Part shown: positions 29,805-40,334 of the stretch, piece after piece
How positions within the stretch are numbered: position 1 is the stretch's first letter
Layout of the letters: every line of letters begins with the position of its first letter
Assembly: GCA_963668625.2 (NCBI GenBank)
Contig: CAXXKA010000008.1
Location: 608,001 to 672,000 of the forward strand
From: an uncultured candidate division Zixibacteria bacterium
GTDB lineage: Bacteria > Zixibacteria > MSB-5A5 > UBA10806 > 4484-95
DNA: 64,000 nucleotides
Reading direction: 5' to 3'
Made by a program: the position numbers and the translations under genes
Notes under the pieces: model-generated
Told to the model about the DNA's origin: nothing
What the model saw: the letters and a program-made list of their open reading frames with translations, nothing else
Database searches by the model: none

Positions 29805-30773
29805 ATGTATTGCACATCCTGCGGAAAACAACTTGAAAAGAACTGGAACGAGTATGACCTCGCTATAATTTGCCCGCACTGCTATGCGAGTATCGCCAAT
29901 CCGAATTATGAGACCGGCAAAATTCCGATAGTTAAACCATATGCTTTCCCTAAAATATGGCAGGCTTTTCTGCTCGTGATCGGCTTATTTATTGCTATGG
30001 TCGTACTTATGCTTCCCGTGTTTATTCTGGCGATAATGGCAGGGATCGATCTGGAAAACAATCTGACTATCGAATCGATAACCCAGGTACTCGTGTTCGC
30101 AATCGTTATATTTATCGGAGTCAAGCTATCAAAGGCGCCGGCGCGCGAGGTTTTGCCTCTCAAGCGATTTAACTACCTCATCATCATACCTATATTCATT
30201 ACCGTATCCGGGGCTACAATTTTACTTTCTGATATGGATAATCTTTTGCGGACAATACTCCCCGCTCCGGAATTTATCTTGAATATTTTCGAGAAACTAT
30301 ACGAGAATCCCGTTAAGGCAGTAATACTGGCGATAATTATAGCCCCCTTTACCGAAGAATTTCTCTGCAGGGGAGTTATACTAACCGGCTTTTTGAAAAA
30401 TTATTCTGTCAACAAAGCGATCATAGTTTCCGCGCTGTTGTTCGGATTCATGCATCTAAATCCCTGGCAGTTCACCGGGGCATTCTTCTTTGGATTGATT
30501 TTCGCATGGTTTTATATAAAAACGAAATCGTTATGGCCCTGTCTTATCGGTCATGCTATAGCTAATTTTATGCCTCTTCTGCTTATAAATATTATGGGAT
30601 TGAGGATTCCCGGATTCTCTGAAGGAAATATGACACCTGTAGAGTTCCAGCCCTGGTGGTTCGACATGATCGGACTGATTTTATTCTGCATTGGATTTGT
30701 CACATTACATTATCTTTTTAAAAGAGATGATGAAAACAAACAAGTCGAAAGCTCAATAAGCGTTTCGATATAA
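29805..30773 (+). CDS. CPBP (CAAX/Abi) intramembrane metalloprotease with N-terminal zinc ribbon
   Basis: 'EEFLCRG', 'FGFMH', 'GHAIAN'; N-terminal CTSC...CPHC. Confidence 0.9.
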   Translation: MYCTSCGKQLEKNWNEYDLAIICPHCYASIANPNYETGKIPIVKPYAFPKIWQAFLLVIGLFIAMVVLMLPVFILAIMAGIDLENNLTIESITQVLVFAIVIFIGVKLSKAPAREVLPLKRFNYLIIIPIFITVSGATILLSDMDNLLRTILPAPEFILNIFEKLYENPVKAVILAIIIAPFTEEFLCRGVILTGFLKNYSVNKAIIVSALLFGFMHLNPWQFTGAFFFGLIFAWFYIKTKSLWPCLIGHAIANFMPLLLINIMGLRIPGFSEGNMTPVEFQPWWFDMIGLILFCIGFVTLHYLFKRDDENKQVESSISVSI

Positions 30774-30948
30774 AACTAGCCTATAAAGTATAATTACGTA
30801 CCGTAGATTACGAATTATTGATTTGCTATAGCTTTGGCGATATAGTATAAACGGTATTGATCGCAATTGGTCGAGTTCGATACGGTTCATGTAATTTAAA
30901 CATTGAGAATAGAATATATAAAATAAATATTCAAAAAAGGGAGATATT

Positions 30949-31833
30949 ATGGCTTATAAGTTTTACTGCACGAATTGCGGCGCAAATATCATTGCCGAGC
31001 GGGTTAAAATCGGCGAAACCGTAAAATGTGGTTCATGCGGCGCGGAGAATGTCGTGCCCAGTGATGCATTAGAGGTAGATGGTCAACCTTCGGATTCACG
31101 GCCTGCTGTTTCCGGGAAATATCAATCTGACGGCAACAGTGAAAATTTATCCTCGAAACCGGTACCATCGTTTTCGGAGGCCTTGAGTATGACCTGGCAG
31201 ACAATAAAAAATAATTCGAATGTCTCACTGCTTACGGCCATAATTATTTTGGTCTTTTCGCTCTCAAGCAATTCTATACAGTTTATGATAAATTATCGGG
31301 TTCATGATTACAATGTGTATTTCCATCCTTTCTTTCTCGTTAATTGGATCATAAATTTCTTCATTTCAATCGGATTACTTAATATCGCCCTGAGTTACGC
31401 GTACGATAAAACCGCCATTATCAGTAATTTCACAACAACAATGAATAAGTATCTAAAAACATTCGTAGCAGGATTGCTGTTTGCCCTGATTTTGTATATC
31501 GGGTTCATATTGTTGATAATCCCGGGCATCATAATTTTATTGCGATACCAGTACTGCACTCTGTTCATTTTAAAATACGACACTGGTATAATCGATTCAT
31601 TCAAATTATCCGCCAAATTAACCGAGGGGAATCGGATGGATCTATTCGTGTTCGGAATTGTTTCGATACTCTTTGGCCTTTTGGGAGTCATTGCTTGCGG
31701 TATAGGTATTTATGTAACATATCCCATTGCCATAGCCTGCTGGGTATACACATTCTATCGCCTGATTCAAGCTAAGAAATTCGAGGATAAAATATCGGGA
31801 CCAGGATTGTCAACGTATACTGAAAACGCCTGA
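30949..31833 (+). CDS. Zinc-ribbon + DUF975/YciC-like membrane protein
   Basis: CTNC...CGSC; 'GFILLIIPGII', 'DSFKLSAKLTEGN'. Confidence 0.75.
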   Translation: MAYKFYCTNCGANIIAERVKIGETVKCGSCGAENVVPSDALEVDGQPSDSRPAVSGKYQSDGNSENLSSKPVPSFSEALSMTWQTIKNNSNVSLLTAIIILVFSLSSNSIQFMINYRVHDYNVYFHPFFLVNWIINFFISIGLLNIALSYAYDKTAIISNFTTTMNKYLKTFVAGLLFALILYIGFILLIIPGIIILLRYQYCTLFILKYDTGIIDSFKLSAKLTEGNRMDLFVFGIVSILFGLLGVIACGIGIYVTYPIAIACWVYTFYRLIQAKKFEDKISGPGLSTYTENA

Positions 31834-31947
31834 TAGGATGCTTTCGATCCAGCCTTTATGAAAATTATTGCATTGCCTGGGCAACCGAATTGTCGTTTAT
31901 TCGTATGGTTATTCTATTGATACATCGGAATGGCGAAAGGTACGGCG

Positions 31948-32292
31948 ATGATTCAGATTTTCGGTACTAAAAAGTGCAAAGATACGCAAAAAGCTATAAG
32001 ATTTTTCAAAGAGCGAAATATTCGGATCCACTATGTTGATTTGAAAGAAAAAGGTATCAGCCCCGGCGAACTTCGCAGTGTATGCAATTCCATCCCTCTT
32101 GATGAGTTAATAGATCGCGCTGGTAAACAGTACGAGAAACGCAATCTCAAATACATGAAATTCGACATGGAGTCCGAGCTTTTGGATGACCCGCTACTGC
32201 TAAAAACCCCTATCGTTAGATTCAAACAAAAAGCCACTATCGGGCACGATCCTGATACCTGGAAAATCTGGTCGGTCGAGTTGAAAGACTAA
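31948..32292 (+). CDS. ArsC/Spx/YffB family protein
   Basis: 'IFGTKKCKDTQKAIRFF', 'PLLLKTPIV'. Confidence 0.85.
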   Translation: MIQIFGTKKCKDTQKAIRFFKERNIRIHYVDLKEKGISPGELRSVCNSIPLDELIDRAGKQYEKRNLKYMKFDMESELLDDPLLLKTPIVRFKQKATIGHDPDTWKIWSVELKD

Positions 32293-32293
32293 T

Positions 32294-33667
32294 ATGGGTG
32301 AACCGGATTTGAAAAAAAGGACAGATTACACCGAGGGTTCGATTGGCGGTTCTATTATTAAAATGGGATTACCCTCGATGGTGGGCTTTCTGTCGCATAA
32401 TATATATCATCTTGCCGACACTTTTTGGGTTTCGCGCCTCCCTGAAAAAGAAGCAGGCGTCGCCGCCCTGACATTTTTCGGTTCGATTATGTGGTTTGCT
32501 TTTACTTTCAACCAATTGGTGGGACCCGGCTCGGTAGCGATTATATCTCGGCGCTACGGTGAAAAGCAATTCGATTTAGCCGAGAAAGCTATCAAGGAAT
32601 CGATTCTCCTGAAGCTGTTGTTCGGCGCTATACTCGGTGTTGTCGGGTATATATTCACAGCCGATATGCTGGCGTTAATAGGGGCCGAGGGTCGGCCGCT
32701 GGAAATAGGTATTGAATACAGTCGGGTACTTTTCATTGGTTTTCCGGTTATGTATGCTACATACACCCTATATACGGCAATGAGAGGAATCGCCAACCCT
32801 AATATGGCCCTGGTTCTAATGCTTTCCTCGAGTATCCTGAATATGGCTCTTGATCCTATATTCATGTTCGGCCATTTCGGTATGCCGGCCATGGGCATTA
32901 AAGGCGCGGCAGCGGCCTCGGTTACCAGTCATGCGCTCACTTTTTTCGTGGGGATCGGCTTATTCTACGCGGATATCCCGAACGTGAAACTTCATATTCG
33001 CGGCAAAGAGAAAATGAGCCTGGTATCGATGTGGCAAATACTGAAAATAGGCGTTCCCACCTGGCTGGGAGATATCTCGTTCTCCGGGGCAAGGATGATA
33101 ATCACTCGGCTGGTAGCTCCGTTCGGCACGGCTGTGGTTGCGGCCTATGGCGTTGGCAATCAGATCACCTCGTTCGGGATACATATCCTGATAGGTATCG
33201 GCCTTGGCCTTTCCTCCCTGATAGGCCATAATGTCGGCAGCGGCAAAATCGATCGCGCCAAGAAAATCGGTGACCAGTCGATTTTGATCGGAGTCGGCAT
33301 CATGATATTTCTGGGCCTGATCGTATTCGTATTCGCCGGCGACCTGATAAGGATATTTTTCGACAACCGTGAGACTATCGAACATGGCAGAAGAATGCTG
33401 CGGATATTCGCCGCCGGCTTCCCGTTCATCGGTGTTTTTATCATGCTCGAGGAGATTCATGTGGGCGTCGGCTTGAACTCTCCGACCATGGTGTTCAATA
33501 TCATCCATGCCTGGATTCTGGAGGTAGTACCTATTTATCTCCTGACCGTGTATTTCGGTTTTTCGGAGATCGCTATCTGGTGGATAATTTCCGGGGCAAC
33601 TTTTATAATCGCTATATCGTTCTTTATGTATTATCAACGCGGCAAATGGTTAACACATAAAGTATGA
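32294..33667 (+). CDS. MATE family efflux transporter
   Basis: 'YHLADTFWVSRL', 'NMALDPIFMFG..GMPAMGIKGAAAAS', about 12 TMs. Confidence 0.93.
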   Translation: MGEPDLKKRTDYTEGSIGGSIIKMGLPSMVGFLSHNIYHLADTFWVSRLPEKEAGVAALTFFGSIMWFAFTFNQLVGPGSVAIISRRYGEKQFDLAEKAIKESILLKLLFGAILGVVGYIFTADMLALIGAEGRPLEIGIEYSRVLFIGFPVMYATYTLYTAMRGIANPNMALVLMLSSSILNMALDPIFMFGHFGMPAMGIKGAAAASVTSHALTFFVGIGLFYADIPNVKLHIRGKEKMSLVSMWQILKIGVPTWLGDISFSGARMIITRLVAPFGTAVVAAYGVGNQITSFGIHILIGIGLGLSSLIGHNVGSGKIDRAKKIGDQSILIGVGIMIFLGLIVFVFAGDLIRIFFDNRETIEHGRRMLRIFAAGFPFIGVFIMLEEIHVGVGLNSPTMVFNIIHAWILEVVPIYLLTVYFGFSEIAIWWIISGATFIIAISFFMYYQRGKWLTHKV

Positions 33668-33692
33668 TTAAAATATCTGGCAATAGTAACCC

Positions 33693-34592
33693 ATGCATGA
33701 TTATTTAGGGCCCGCCGCCGCTTTATCGACGGCTTTCTGCTGGGCTTTTACCTCTCTATTTTTCACTATCGCCGGGCAGCGTGTCGGCTCGGTGGTGGTT
33801 AACCGTACTCGTCTACTGGTGGCGGTGTTTTTCCTCGGCATAACTCATGTCATTTTAATGGGTCAGATTTTTCCATTCGAGGCAAGTTTCCATAACTGGT
33901 TCTGGCTTGGCATGTCCGGCGTAATCGGACTGGCGGTGGGTGATGCCATGTTGTTTCAGGCATTCGTCGTTATCGGAACCAGGCTGCCTATTTTATTGAT
34001 GTCGCTGGCGCCGGTTATCGGCACTGTCGAGGCCTGGATATTCTTGAACGAGAAGTTAACACCCTTAGAGATACTTGGTATAGTCATAACCGTAAGCGGT
34101 ATTACCTGGGTATTGGCTGACAAAAACCGCGATATGAAATCGGCGGATAGGAAGAAACTGGCTATAGGCGTTCTGCTGGGTATCGGTGGCGCAGCCGGCC
34201 AGGCAACCGGCTTGCTGACCTCCAAAATCGGACTGGCTGGTGATTTCCCGGCGCTATCCGGTAATCTCATCAGAATGGTGGTAGCCGCCTCGGTGATGTG
34301 GTTGGCTACTATTTTCATGGGCAGGGCAAAATACACTATAAGCAAACTAAACGATTTGAAAGCGGTTAAAGCGATAATAGGCGGCGCTATATTCGGGCCG
34401 TTCGTTGGGGTGTGGATGTCTTTAGTAGCGGTGAAATATTCTCGTATAGGAATAGCCGCGACCCTCATGGCGCTCACTCCGATATTCACCATACCGCTAG
34501 TGCGTATCGTTTTCAAAGAGAATATATCCATTCATGCGATACTGGGGACGTTAATGGCAATTGCCGGCGTGGCTGTCCTGTTTTTGGGCTAA
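33693..34592 (+). CDS. DMT/EamA family transporter
   Basis: Two EamA repeats, about 10 TMs. Confidence 0.9.
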   Translation: MHDYLGPAAALSTAFCWAFTSLFFTIAGQRVGSVVVNRTRLLVAVFFLGITHVILMGQIFPFEASFHNWFWLGMSGVIGLAVGDAMLFQAFVVIGTRLPILLMSLAPVIGTVEAWIFLNEKLTPLEILGIVITVSGITWVLADKNRDMKSADRKKLAIGVLLGIGGAAGQATGLLTSKIGLAGDFPALSGNLIRMVVAASVMWLATIFMGRAKYTISKLNDLKAVKAIIGGAIFGPFVGVWMSLVAVKYSRIGIAATLMALTPIFTIPLVRIVFKENISIHAILGTLMAIAGVAVLFLG

Positions 34593-34701
34593 TCAAGCTC
34601 AGAATTGTTCTCTGTGGTGGAAATTTATTTCATATCCCGGCGCTTCGTATAGCCACTCTCTTTAAACCGACGTACTAAATAGACCGGTGCTTTTCACCAT
34701 T

Positions 34702-34730
34702 AAAAAAACCGCCCGTACACGAGCGGTTTT
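34702..34730. terminator. Bidirectional terminator between convergent genes
   Basis: AAAAAAACCGCCCG-TACA-CGAGCGGTTTT. Confidence 0.7.
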
Positions 34731-34750
34731 AGAATCTATTCTAATTCAGG

Positions 34751-35419
34751 CTAGAATTGATATTTCAACCCCAGACTGAGGCTATAAGCATATGAATCGC
34801 CGGACCATTTGTCCCATTCATAGATATAGGTAAACCTGTTCTCCACGTACACATCGATTTTGGTAAACAGATGGCTATCGAATCCCAGGCTAAAGAATGT
34901 TTGGCCTTTGGTATCAAGATAATTGTCAACCTTTACGACCTCCCAATAACCTGTACTGGGATCACGACGAGATTCCTCACGTCTTTCTTGCAGAAAATAA
35001 AATCCACCGCCGACGCCTGAATACAGATCAAGACCATCATTAAAAAGACTAAAGAATTTATAGCGGGTGAAAATCGAAAATTGCAGAGCTTGCTGATCAC
35101 GATTGAGTAAGCTGTCTTCCGTGATAACCGGCGTTCCGTCCAGCGTATCCGTATAACTGCCGGCGCGGATCAATTCGCCGGTAAAGGGATCGTTAAGATC
35201 GAAAGATCTCCACCATTTACCGACCTCGAAACCAATATCAAAGGTACCATCAGGATTGCCGAAAGATACTTTTATTCCGCCGCCAAAGGCTGCGCCGTTT
35301 GAGTCTGCTGGAAATACCGCAACACCATCAAAAGCTGTTTTCAAATTCCAATAATCTTGCGCCGATGCAGGTAGAGTCATCAATATAAGCAATGCTATAA
35401 CGATTAACGTTTTCCTCAT
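34751..35419 (-). CDS. Outer-membrane beta-barrel protein
   Basis: Signal peptide; 'LYSGVGGGFY'; terminal 'LSLGLKYQF'. Confidence 0.8.
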   Translation of the reverse strand: MRKTLIVIALLILMTLPASAQDYWNLKTAFDGVAVFPADSNGAAFGGGIKVSFGNPDGTFDIGFEVGKWWRSFDLNDPFTGELIRAGSYTDTLDGTPVITEDSLLNRDQQALQFSIFTRYKFFSLFNDGLDLYSGVGGGFYFLQERREESRRDPSTGYWEVVKVDNYLDTKGQTFFSLGFDSHLFTKIDVYVENRFTYIYEWDKWSGDSYAYSLSLGLKYQF

Positions 35420-35595
35420 TCTTTCATCTCCTTTAGCTTCACCAATAATTCATTGTCGCTAATATATATATTTCAAATCTAAAGGGCAAGATGCTATCTG
35501 TATTTTTGCAAAAATTTTCTGAGCTGCAGCATCAATAAAATACCCGCAATGCTATATTAGTGTTGATACAAATTAACCAGCCGTATATTCCTTAT

Positions 35596-36354
35596 TTACC
35601 TATTTCCAGCAGGTTTTTTTCGTTTAACTACGGTTTTATCAGTTCCCAGCAGTTTCATGAAAAACAACCGCCAGACTCCCAGCACAGCCTCATACACGAT
35701 CTTCCGGGACATCTTCGAGGTGCCCTCCTGGCGATCAACGAAAATAATGTTGATCTCTTTGATTCTCAGGCCGGCCCGCCAGATAAAGAAGCTCATCTCA
35801 ACCTGGAAACAATAGCCATTTGATCTAATTTTGTCGAGATTAAGCCTCTCAAGTGCCTCTCGGCGGAAACATTTAAATCCGCCGGTGGGATCCTGAACCG
35901 GCAATCCGGTGATTATCCGTACATAAAACGAGGCGAAATATGAAAGCAAAAGTCTGCTCATGGGCCAGTTGATAATGCTTATACCGTTGATATAGCGGGA
36001 TCCAATTACCAGGTCGGCCTCTTTGATAGCTTCTCTAAACCTTGGAATAACATTTGGATCGTGAGAAAAGTCGGCATCCATTTCCATGAGATAGCCGATT
36101 TGAGGTAACTCAAGACCATACTTGAATCCATCAATGTAGGCGGTGCCGAGTCCCATTTTCCCGGGTCGCCTGAGAAGATGGACGCGAGGATTTTGAGCTT
36201 TCAGACTCTCGACGATATCCCCGGTTCCATCCGGTGAGTTATCATCGACAATGAGCACCTCTATGTCATCACCCTGTTTTAAGACAACATCGATAATATT
36301 GCTGATATTGTCTTTCTCGTTGTAAGTTGGTATACAAACCAGAATATTGTTCAT
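35596..36354 (-). CDS. Polyprenol monophosphomannose synthase-like GT2
   Basis: 'IPTYNE', 'VDDNSPDGT', 'MDADFSH', 'GSRY', 'DPTGGFK', 'DRQEGTSKM'. Confidence 0.92.
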   Translation of the reverse strand: MNNILVCIPTYNEKDNISNIIDVVLKQGDDIEVLIVDDNSPDGTGDIVESLKAQNPRVHLLRRPGKMGLGTAYIDGFKYGLELPQIGYLMEMDADFSHDPNVIPRFREAIKEADLVIGSRYINGISIINWPMSRLLLSYFASFYVRIITGLPVQDPTGGFKCFRREALERLNLDKIRSNGYCFQVEMSFFIWRAGLRIKEINIIFVDRQEGTSKMSRKIVYEAVLGVWRLFFMKLLGTDKTVVKRKKPAGNR

Positions 36355-37316
36355 CTGTACCTCGGCGAAAAAACATAATGTATTGCCCCAAATATAATCA
36401 ATGACCAGTAACTAATCAACCTATCTGCGATAACAATCGCGGCGGCGGCTTCCTGACTATATCCGGCCGGAATCAGCACCCCGAACATCAGTAATTCCAC
36501 CAGTCCCAGACCCGCCGGTGTTAATGGCAGGCTCATGATAATCAGGGCAGCCTGGGCAACGAATACCGCCAGCAGGAAATCGAACTGATAGCCCAGCGCC
36601 CAGGCAACGAAATACAGCCTCGCCGATTCGGAAAGCCAAATCAACAGGCTTTCAATCATAATAAACGGCGCCTGCTTGGGCGATCTGAAAAGCCCTTGAC
36701 GAAATGAATCGTAGTATTTCCTGATTTTTTCGGGCATCCATTTTTCCAACCAGTTGGCCCGCCATGAGAAAACGATAAATACTATTATGATACCAAAAAC
36801 CGCGATTAATCCGTAAGTCAGGCTATTTCTTATTTGCTCGGAAGCTATCCGATTCATGTAAATCAAACCGCCCAGCACGACTAATATAGCTGTCGCCGCC
36901 AGATCGAAAATACGCTCCGAGAAAAGTACACCCAGCGATAAAGAAAACGATACCTGCCGGTTTTTTTTCAGCAAGTAACATCGGTAAAGATCCCCTATAC
37001 GAGCAGGCAGGATAGAGTTGGCGAACCAGGCCATGAAATAAACCCTGGTAAGCTCCAGAACCGGAACCTCGATGTTAGATTCTTTTAACAACTTCCGCCA
37101 TCTATGGCCACGCATGGGCAAAAAACCATAGAACACTATCAGCGCTGCCAGCATCAGGAAAATGTTAGCGCTGCTTATGATATTTAATGTATCTTTGAAA
37201 TCAAAACGAGTCGTGAATACGTAAATGATAACCGCGGCAATCACGAAACCTATAAGTGTGTTAAAACGAAACAGCTTGCTTTTTAAATCTATTGATTGTT
37301 CGTTTTGCTCGCTCAT
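36351..37316 (-). CDS. Lysylphosphatidylglycerol-synthase TM-domain (flippase-like) protein
   Basis: 'RGHRW', 'NSILPARIGD', 'ERIFD', 'TPAGLGLVE', 'RLISYW'. Confidence 0.88.
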   Translation of the reverse strand: MSEQNEQSIDLKSKLFRFNTLIGFVIAAVIIYVFTTRFDFKDTLNIISSANIFLMLAALIVFYGFLPMRGHRWRKLLKESNIEVPVLELTRVYFMAWFANSILPARIGDLYRCYLLKKNRQVSFSLSLGVLFSERIFDLAATAILVVLGGLIYMNRIASEQIRNSLTYGLIAVFGIIIVFIVFSWRANWLEKWMPEKIRKYYDSFRQGLFRSPKQAPFIMIESLLIWLSESARLYFVAWALGYQFDFLLAVFVAQAALIIMSLPLTPAGLGLVELLMFGVLIPAGYSQEAAAAIVIADRLISYWSLIIFGAIHYVFSPRYR

Positions 37317-37590
37317 TGATTACTAACTTTCCGTTAAAATGAAAAACTCTCGATACCCTCGTCTTTGATGATGAAGATAATTAATATCTTACGCTTTTCA
37401 AACTATAAATTTCCAAAATTATTGTATTCATATGAACAAAATTAAATACAGGCAACTATAATAATGCTAACATTGTTAACAATAATATGTTTTAATTTTG
37501 CTTAAAATTACCTCACTAAATAATGTTTAATCAAATCAGCCGATAAATTCAGAAGGAACTAAAAAGTATAATCAGACAGGAATACTGAAA

Positions 37591-38271
37591 ATGGGAAATA
37601 ACGATAGCCGAATATTCAGGGTAAAAGACTGTACACTAATCGTTCGTATGGGCGGAGTCGAACCGGCCATGAATTTGCGCGAATTCCGCGAACGTCTGAA
37701 AATATGTCCGCCGGAATGTTTATACCATCATTTCTCCGAAACGCTGATCCGGCCCACTTTCGACTATCCCGAATTTCGTAATGATTTTGCCATCTGGAGC
37801 TACAGGAGCTTGCGAGACAAGATCTTGGCCGAGCGCCTGGGGGTGATTAACCCGCATTCGTTTGCCAACCTCGAGGAACTCCGCCGATATCTCGTGGATG
37901 TTATTGATGAGCGACTGGATGAGATACATCACATCCCCTGGGTCGAAAAGGGTAATGAATTCAGGTTTTTACGGGCGGCAACGATAGTATTCGATACTGG
38001 TCTGGATTTACACGCGCCTATCGACTTGATTAAACATCTGCCGCAACTGAGCACTTCGAGTATCTACTATCATTTCATAGAGGCCAGGAGACGTACCGAG
38101 ACAAGTACCGATGATTTCACGGCCTGGCTTCAAACATTCGAAAATGCCCCGAAAAAATTGATTGATCTGCTGGCGGAGATCGATTTCTACTTTTTCAATT
38201 TAAGCGAATTGAGGGAAACCCTCATAGAAGAGACAGTCAATTTGGAGGAGGGAGATTTATTTTATGTCTAA
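37591..38271 (+). CDS. DUF5752-like protein associated with trehalose synthase
   Basis: Internal duplication of 'LYHHF...NDFAIW...LAERL' / 'IYYHF...DDFTAW'; overlaps treT. Confidence 0.75.
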   Translation: MGNNDSRIFRVKDCTLIVRMGGVEPAMNLREFRERLKICPPECLYHHFSETLIRPTFDYPEFRNDFAIWSYRSLRDKILAERLGVINPHSFANLEELRRYLVDVIDERLDEIHHIPWVEKGNEFRFLRAATIVFDTGLDLHAPIDLIKHLPQLSTSSIYYHFIEARRRTETSTDDFTAWLQTFENAPKKLIDLLAEIDFYFFNLSELRETLIEETVNLEEGDLFYV

Positions 38272-39502
38272 CACCCTGGCAGAATACGAACCTATCGCAG
38301 GTAAATCAGCGATCTCCCAGCTTCAACAGCTTGCCGAAAGACTGCGGGGAGCCTCAGTCGTGCATGTCAACTCCACCCGTGAGGGAGGCGGCGTTGCCGA
38401 AATTCTCAATTGGCTGGTGCCCATGATGAATGAGTTAGGGCTTAACGCCTCCTGGGAGGTTGTTGAGGGTAATCCCGAATATTTCAATACCACCAAAGCT
38501 TTTCATAACGGCCTTCAGGGGAAAAGTGTGCTTTTGACACATAGTATGATATCAGCCTATGAGGAAACGGTAGCGGCAAATGCCGAACGCCTGCGCCAGA
38601 AATTGGAAGAGGCCGATTTCGTCATCATTCATGATCCTCAACCGGCCACGCTGTTCGATCTATGCCCGAATCGCAGGGGCAAGTGGATATGGCGATGTCA
38701 TATCGATGTCAGCAAACCGTATCGCAAGGTATGGAACTACCTGAAATCGAAAGTACAGCACTACGATGCCAGTATTTTCTCGATGGCCGATTTCGCTCAG
38801 CCTATGCCTCATCCTCAATTTTTAATCGCCCCCAGTATCGATCCGTTAAGCATAAAAAACTGTAGTTTGAATACTCGTTATATAAACAGCGTATTGCAGA
38901 AATATGAGATACCCTCGGGAAAACCGATACTCACCCAGGTTTCGCGATTCGATAGGTTTAAAGACCCTATCGGCGTGATCGAAGCTTTCAAAATATTGCG
39001 GCAGGGATTATCCGCCGAGTTGGTTTTAGCCGGCGGTGGAGCAACCGATGACCCGGAGGGCGCGGCCGTGCTCGAGGAAGTCAAGGAGGCGGCTGAGGGT
39101 GATGAAAGAATACACATTTTGTTTTTACCGCCGGATGCTCATAAAACTATCAATGCTCTTCAACGTGCCTCGACTGTTGTCATACAGAAATCACTACAGG
39201 AAGGATTCGGCCTGACAGTTACCGAGGCTCTGTGGAAAGGAAAACCCGTAATCGGCGGTAATGTAGGCGGCATTAGACGGCAAGTCTATAACCATCACAC
39301 CGGTTTTCTAGTTGATACTCCGGAAGGCATGGCAATAAGGGTGCGGTACCTGTTAAACCATCCCGGCAGAATGAAAACCATAGGTAAAACCGCCAAACAG
39401 TTCGTCCGGGAAAATTTCTTGTTAACTCGTCACCTGCGCGAATATTTGACATTGTTGCTGGGGCTTAATCAGGGCTTGAGCGACCACCTGATGGCAGACT
39501 GA
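38264..39502 (+). CDS. treT: Trehalose synthase (GT4 glycosyltransferase)
   Basis: 'HVNST..GGGVAEIL', 'HDPQP', 'WRCHID', 'SRFDRFKDP', 'EGFGLTVTEALWK'. Confidence 0.9.
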   Translation: MSNTLAEYEPIAGKSAISQLQQLAERLRGASVVHVNSTREGGGVAEILNWLVPMMNELGLNASWEVVEGNPEYFNTTKAFHNGLQGKSVLLTHSMISAYEETVAANAERLRQKLEEADFVIIHDPQPATLFDLCPNRRGKWIWRCHIDVSKPYRKVWNYLKSKVQHYDASIFSMADFAQPMPHPQFLIAPSIDPLSIKNCSLNTRYINSVLQKYEIPSGKPILTQVSRFDRFKDPIGVIEAFKILRQGLSAELVLAGGGATDDPEGAAVLEEVKEAAEGDERIHILFLPPDAHKTINALQRASTVVIQKSLQEGFGLTVTEALWKGKPVIGGNVGGIRRQVYNHHTGFLVDTPEGMAIRVRYLLNHPGRMKTIGKTAKQFVRENFLLTRHLREYLTLLLGLNQGLSDHLMAD

Positions 39503-39506
39503 TTAA

Positions 39507-40277
39507 ATGAAAGTTTTAAATCGAAAAGTAAATCTCGATAAGTTTTATAGCTCCTTGAAATCCAGTAATTGCAAGGTTCTGCTTCTGGATTATGACGGCA
39601 CCCTGGCGCCATTCAGGAAAGAGCGCGATAAAGCTTATCCTTACGAGCAAATACCGCCAATTTTGGATGAACTGATCGAAAGCGATAAGACCAGGGTGAT
39701 ACTAATAAGCGGTCGGACGATCGAGGATCTCAAACCGCTTCTAAAACTAAAAAGATTTCCCGAGATATGGGGATCGCATGGCTGGGAGCATCTGGCGGCG
39801 GATGGCACATACACGGCGTTCGAGCTCGATAGTAAGATGCGCACGGGGCTTGCCCTGGCGGGCAAATGGATCGAGAGGCAGGGGTATGGCGAGCGGGTCG
39901 AACTTAAACATGGCAGCTTGGCGGTTCACTGGCGAGGGCTGAGTAACGAGGAAATATTAACGATTAAAAACGATGTCGTCGATAACCTGTTTCCGATTGC
40001 CAGAAGTTCATCGCTGGAGCTAAGGGATTTTGACGGAGGAATAGAACTTCGCGCTCCCGGCAAAGACAAAGGCCAGGCCGTGAAAAAAATCCTTTCGGGT
40101 TTGCCCGATGCTGTGGTATCATATTTAGGGGATGACTTAACGGATGAAGATGCGTTTCGGGCGCTCGGAGGTTCGGGGCTCAGTATTCTGGTTAATTCCA
40201 ATAAGCGCCCGACCCTGGCTGATGTTTGGTTAAAACCGCCCGATGAGCTTTTGGATTTCCTTCTGGCCTGGAGATAA
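39507..40277 (+). CDS. otsB: Trehalose-6-phosphate phosphatase
   Basis: 'DYDGTL', 'SGR', 'GSHG', 'DKG', 'GDDLTDEDAF'. Confidence 0.93.
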   Translation: MKVLNRKVNLDKFYSSLKSSNCKVLLLDYDGTLAPFRKERDKAYPYEQIPPILDELIESDKTRVILISGRTIEDLKPLLKLKRFPEIWGSHGWEHLAADGTYTAFELDSKMRTGLALAGKWIERQGYGERVELKHGSLAVHWRGLSNEEILTIKNDVVDNLFPIARSSSLELRDFDGGIELRAPGKDKGQAVKKILSGLPDAVVSYLGDDLTDEDAFRALGGSGLSILVNSNKRPTLADVWLKPPDELLDFLLAWR

Positions 40278-40334
40278 TCAGGTTAAGGCTTCCCGATTAA
40301 ATCTTTTAAGATCGTTTATTAAGGATGTGAGAAA

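Noticed and set aside
32960-34531. Minus-strand ORFs of 225 and 191 aa
   Set aside because: Antisense to clear MATE and DMT transporter genes.
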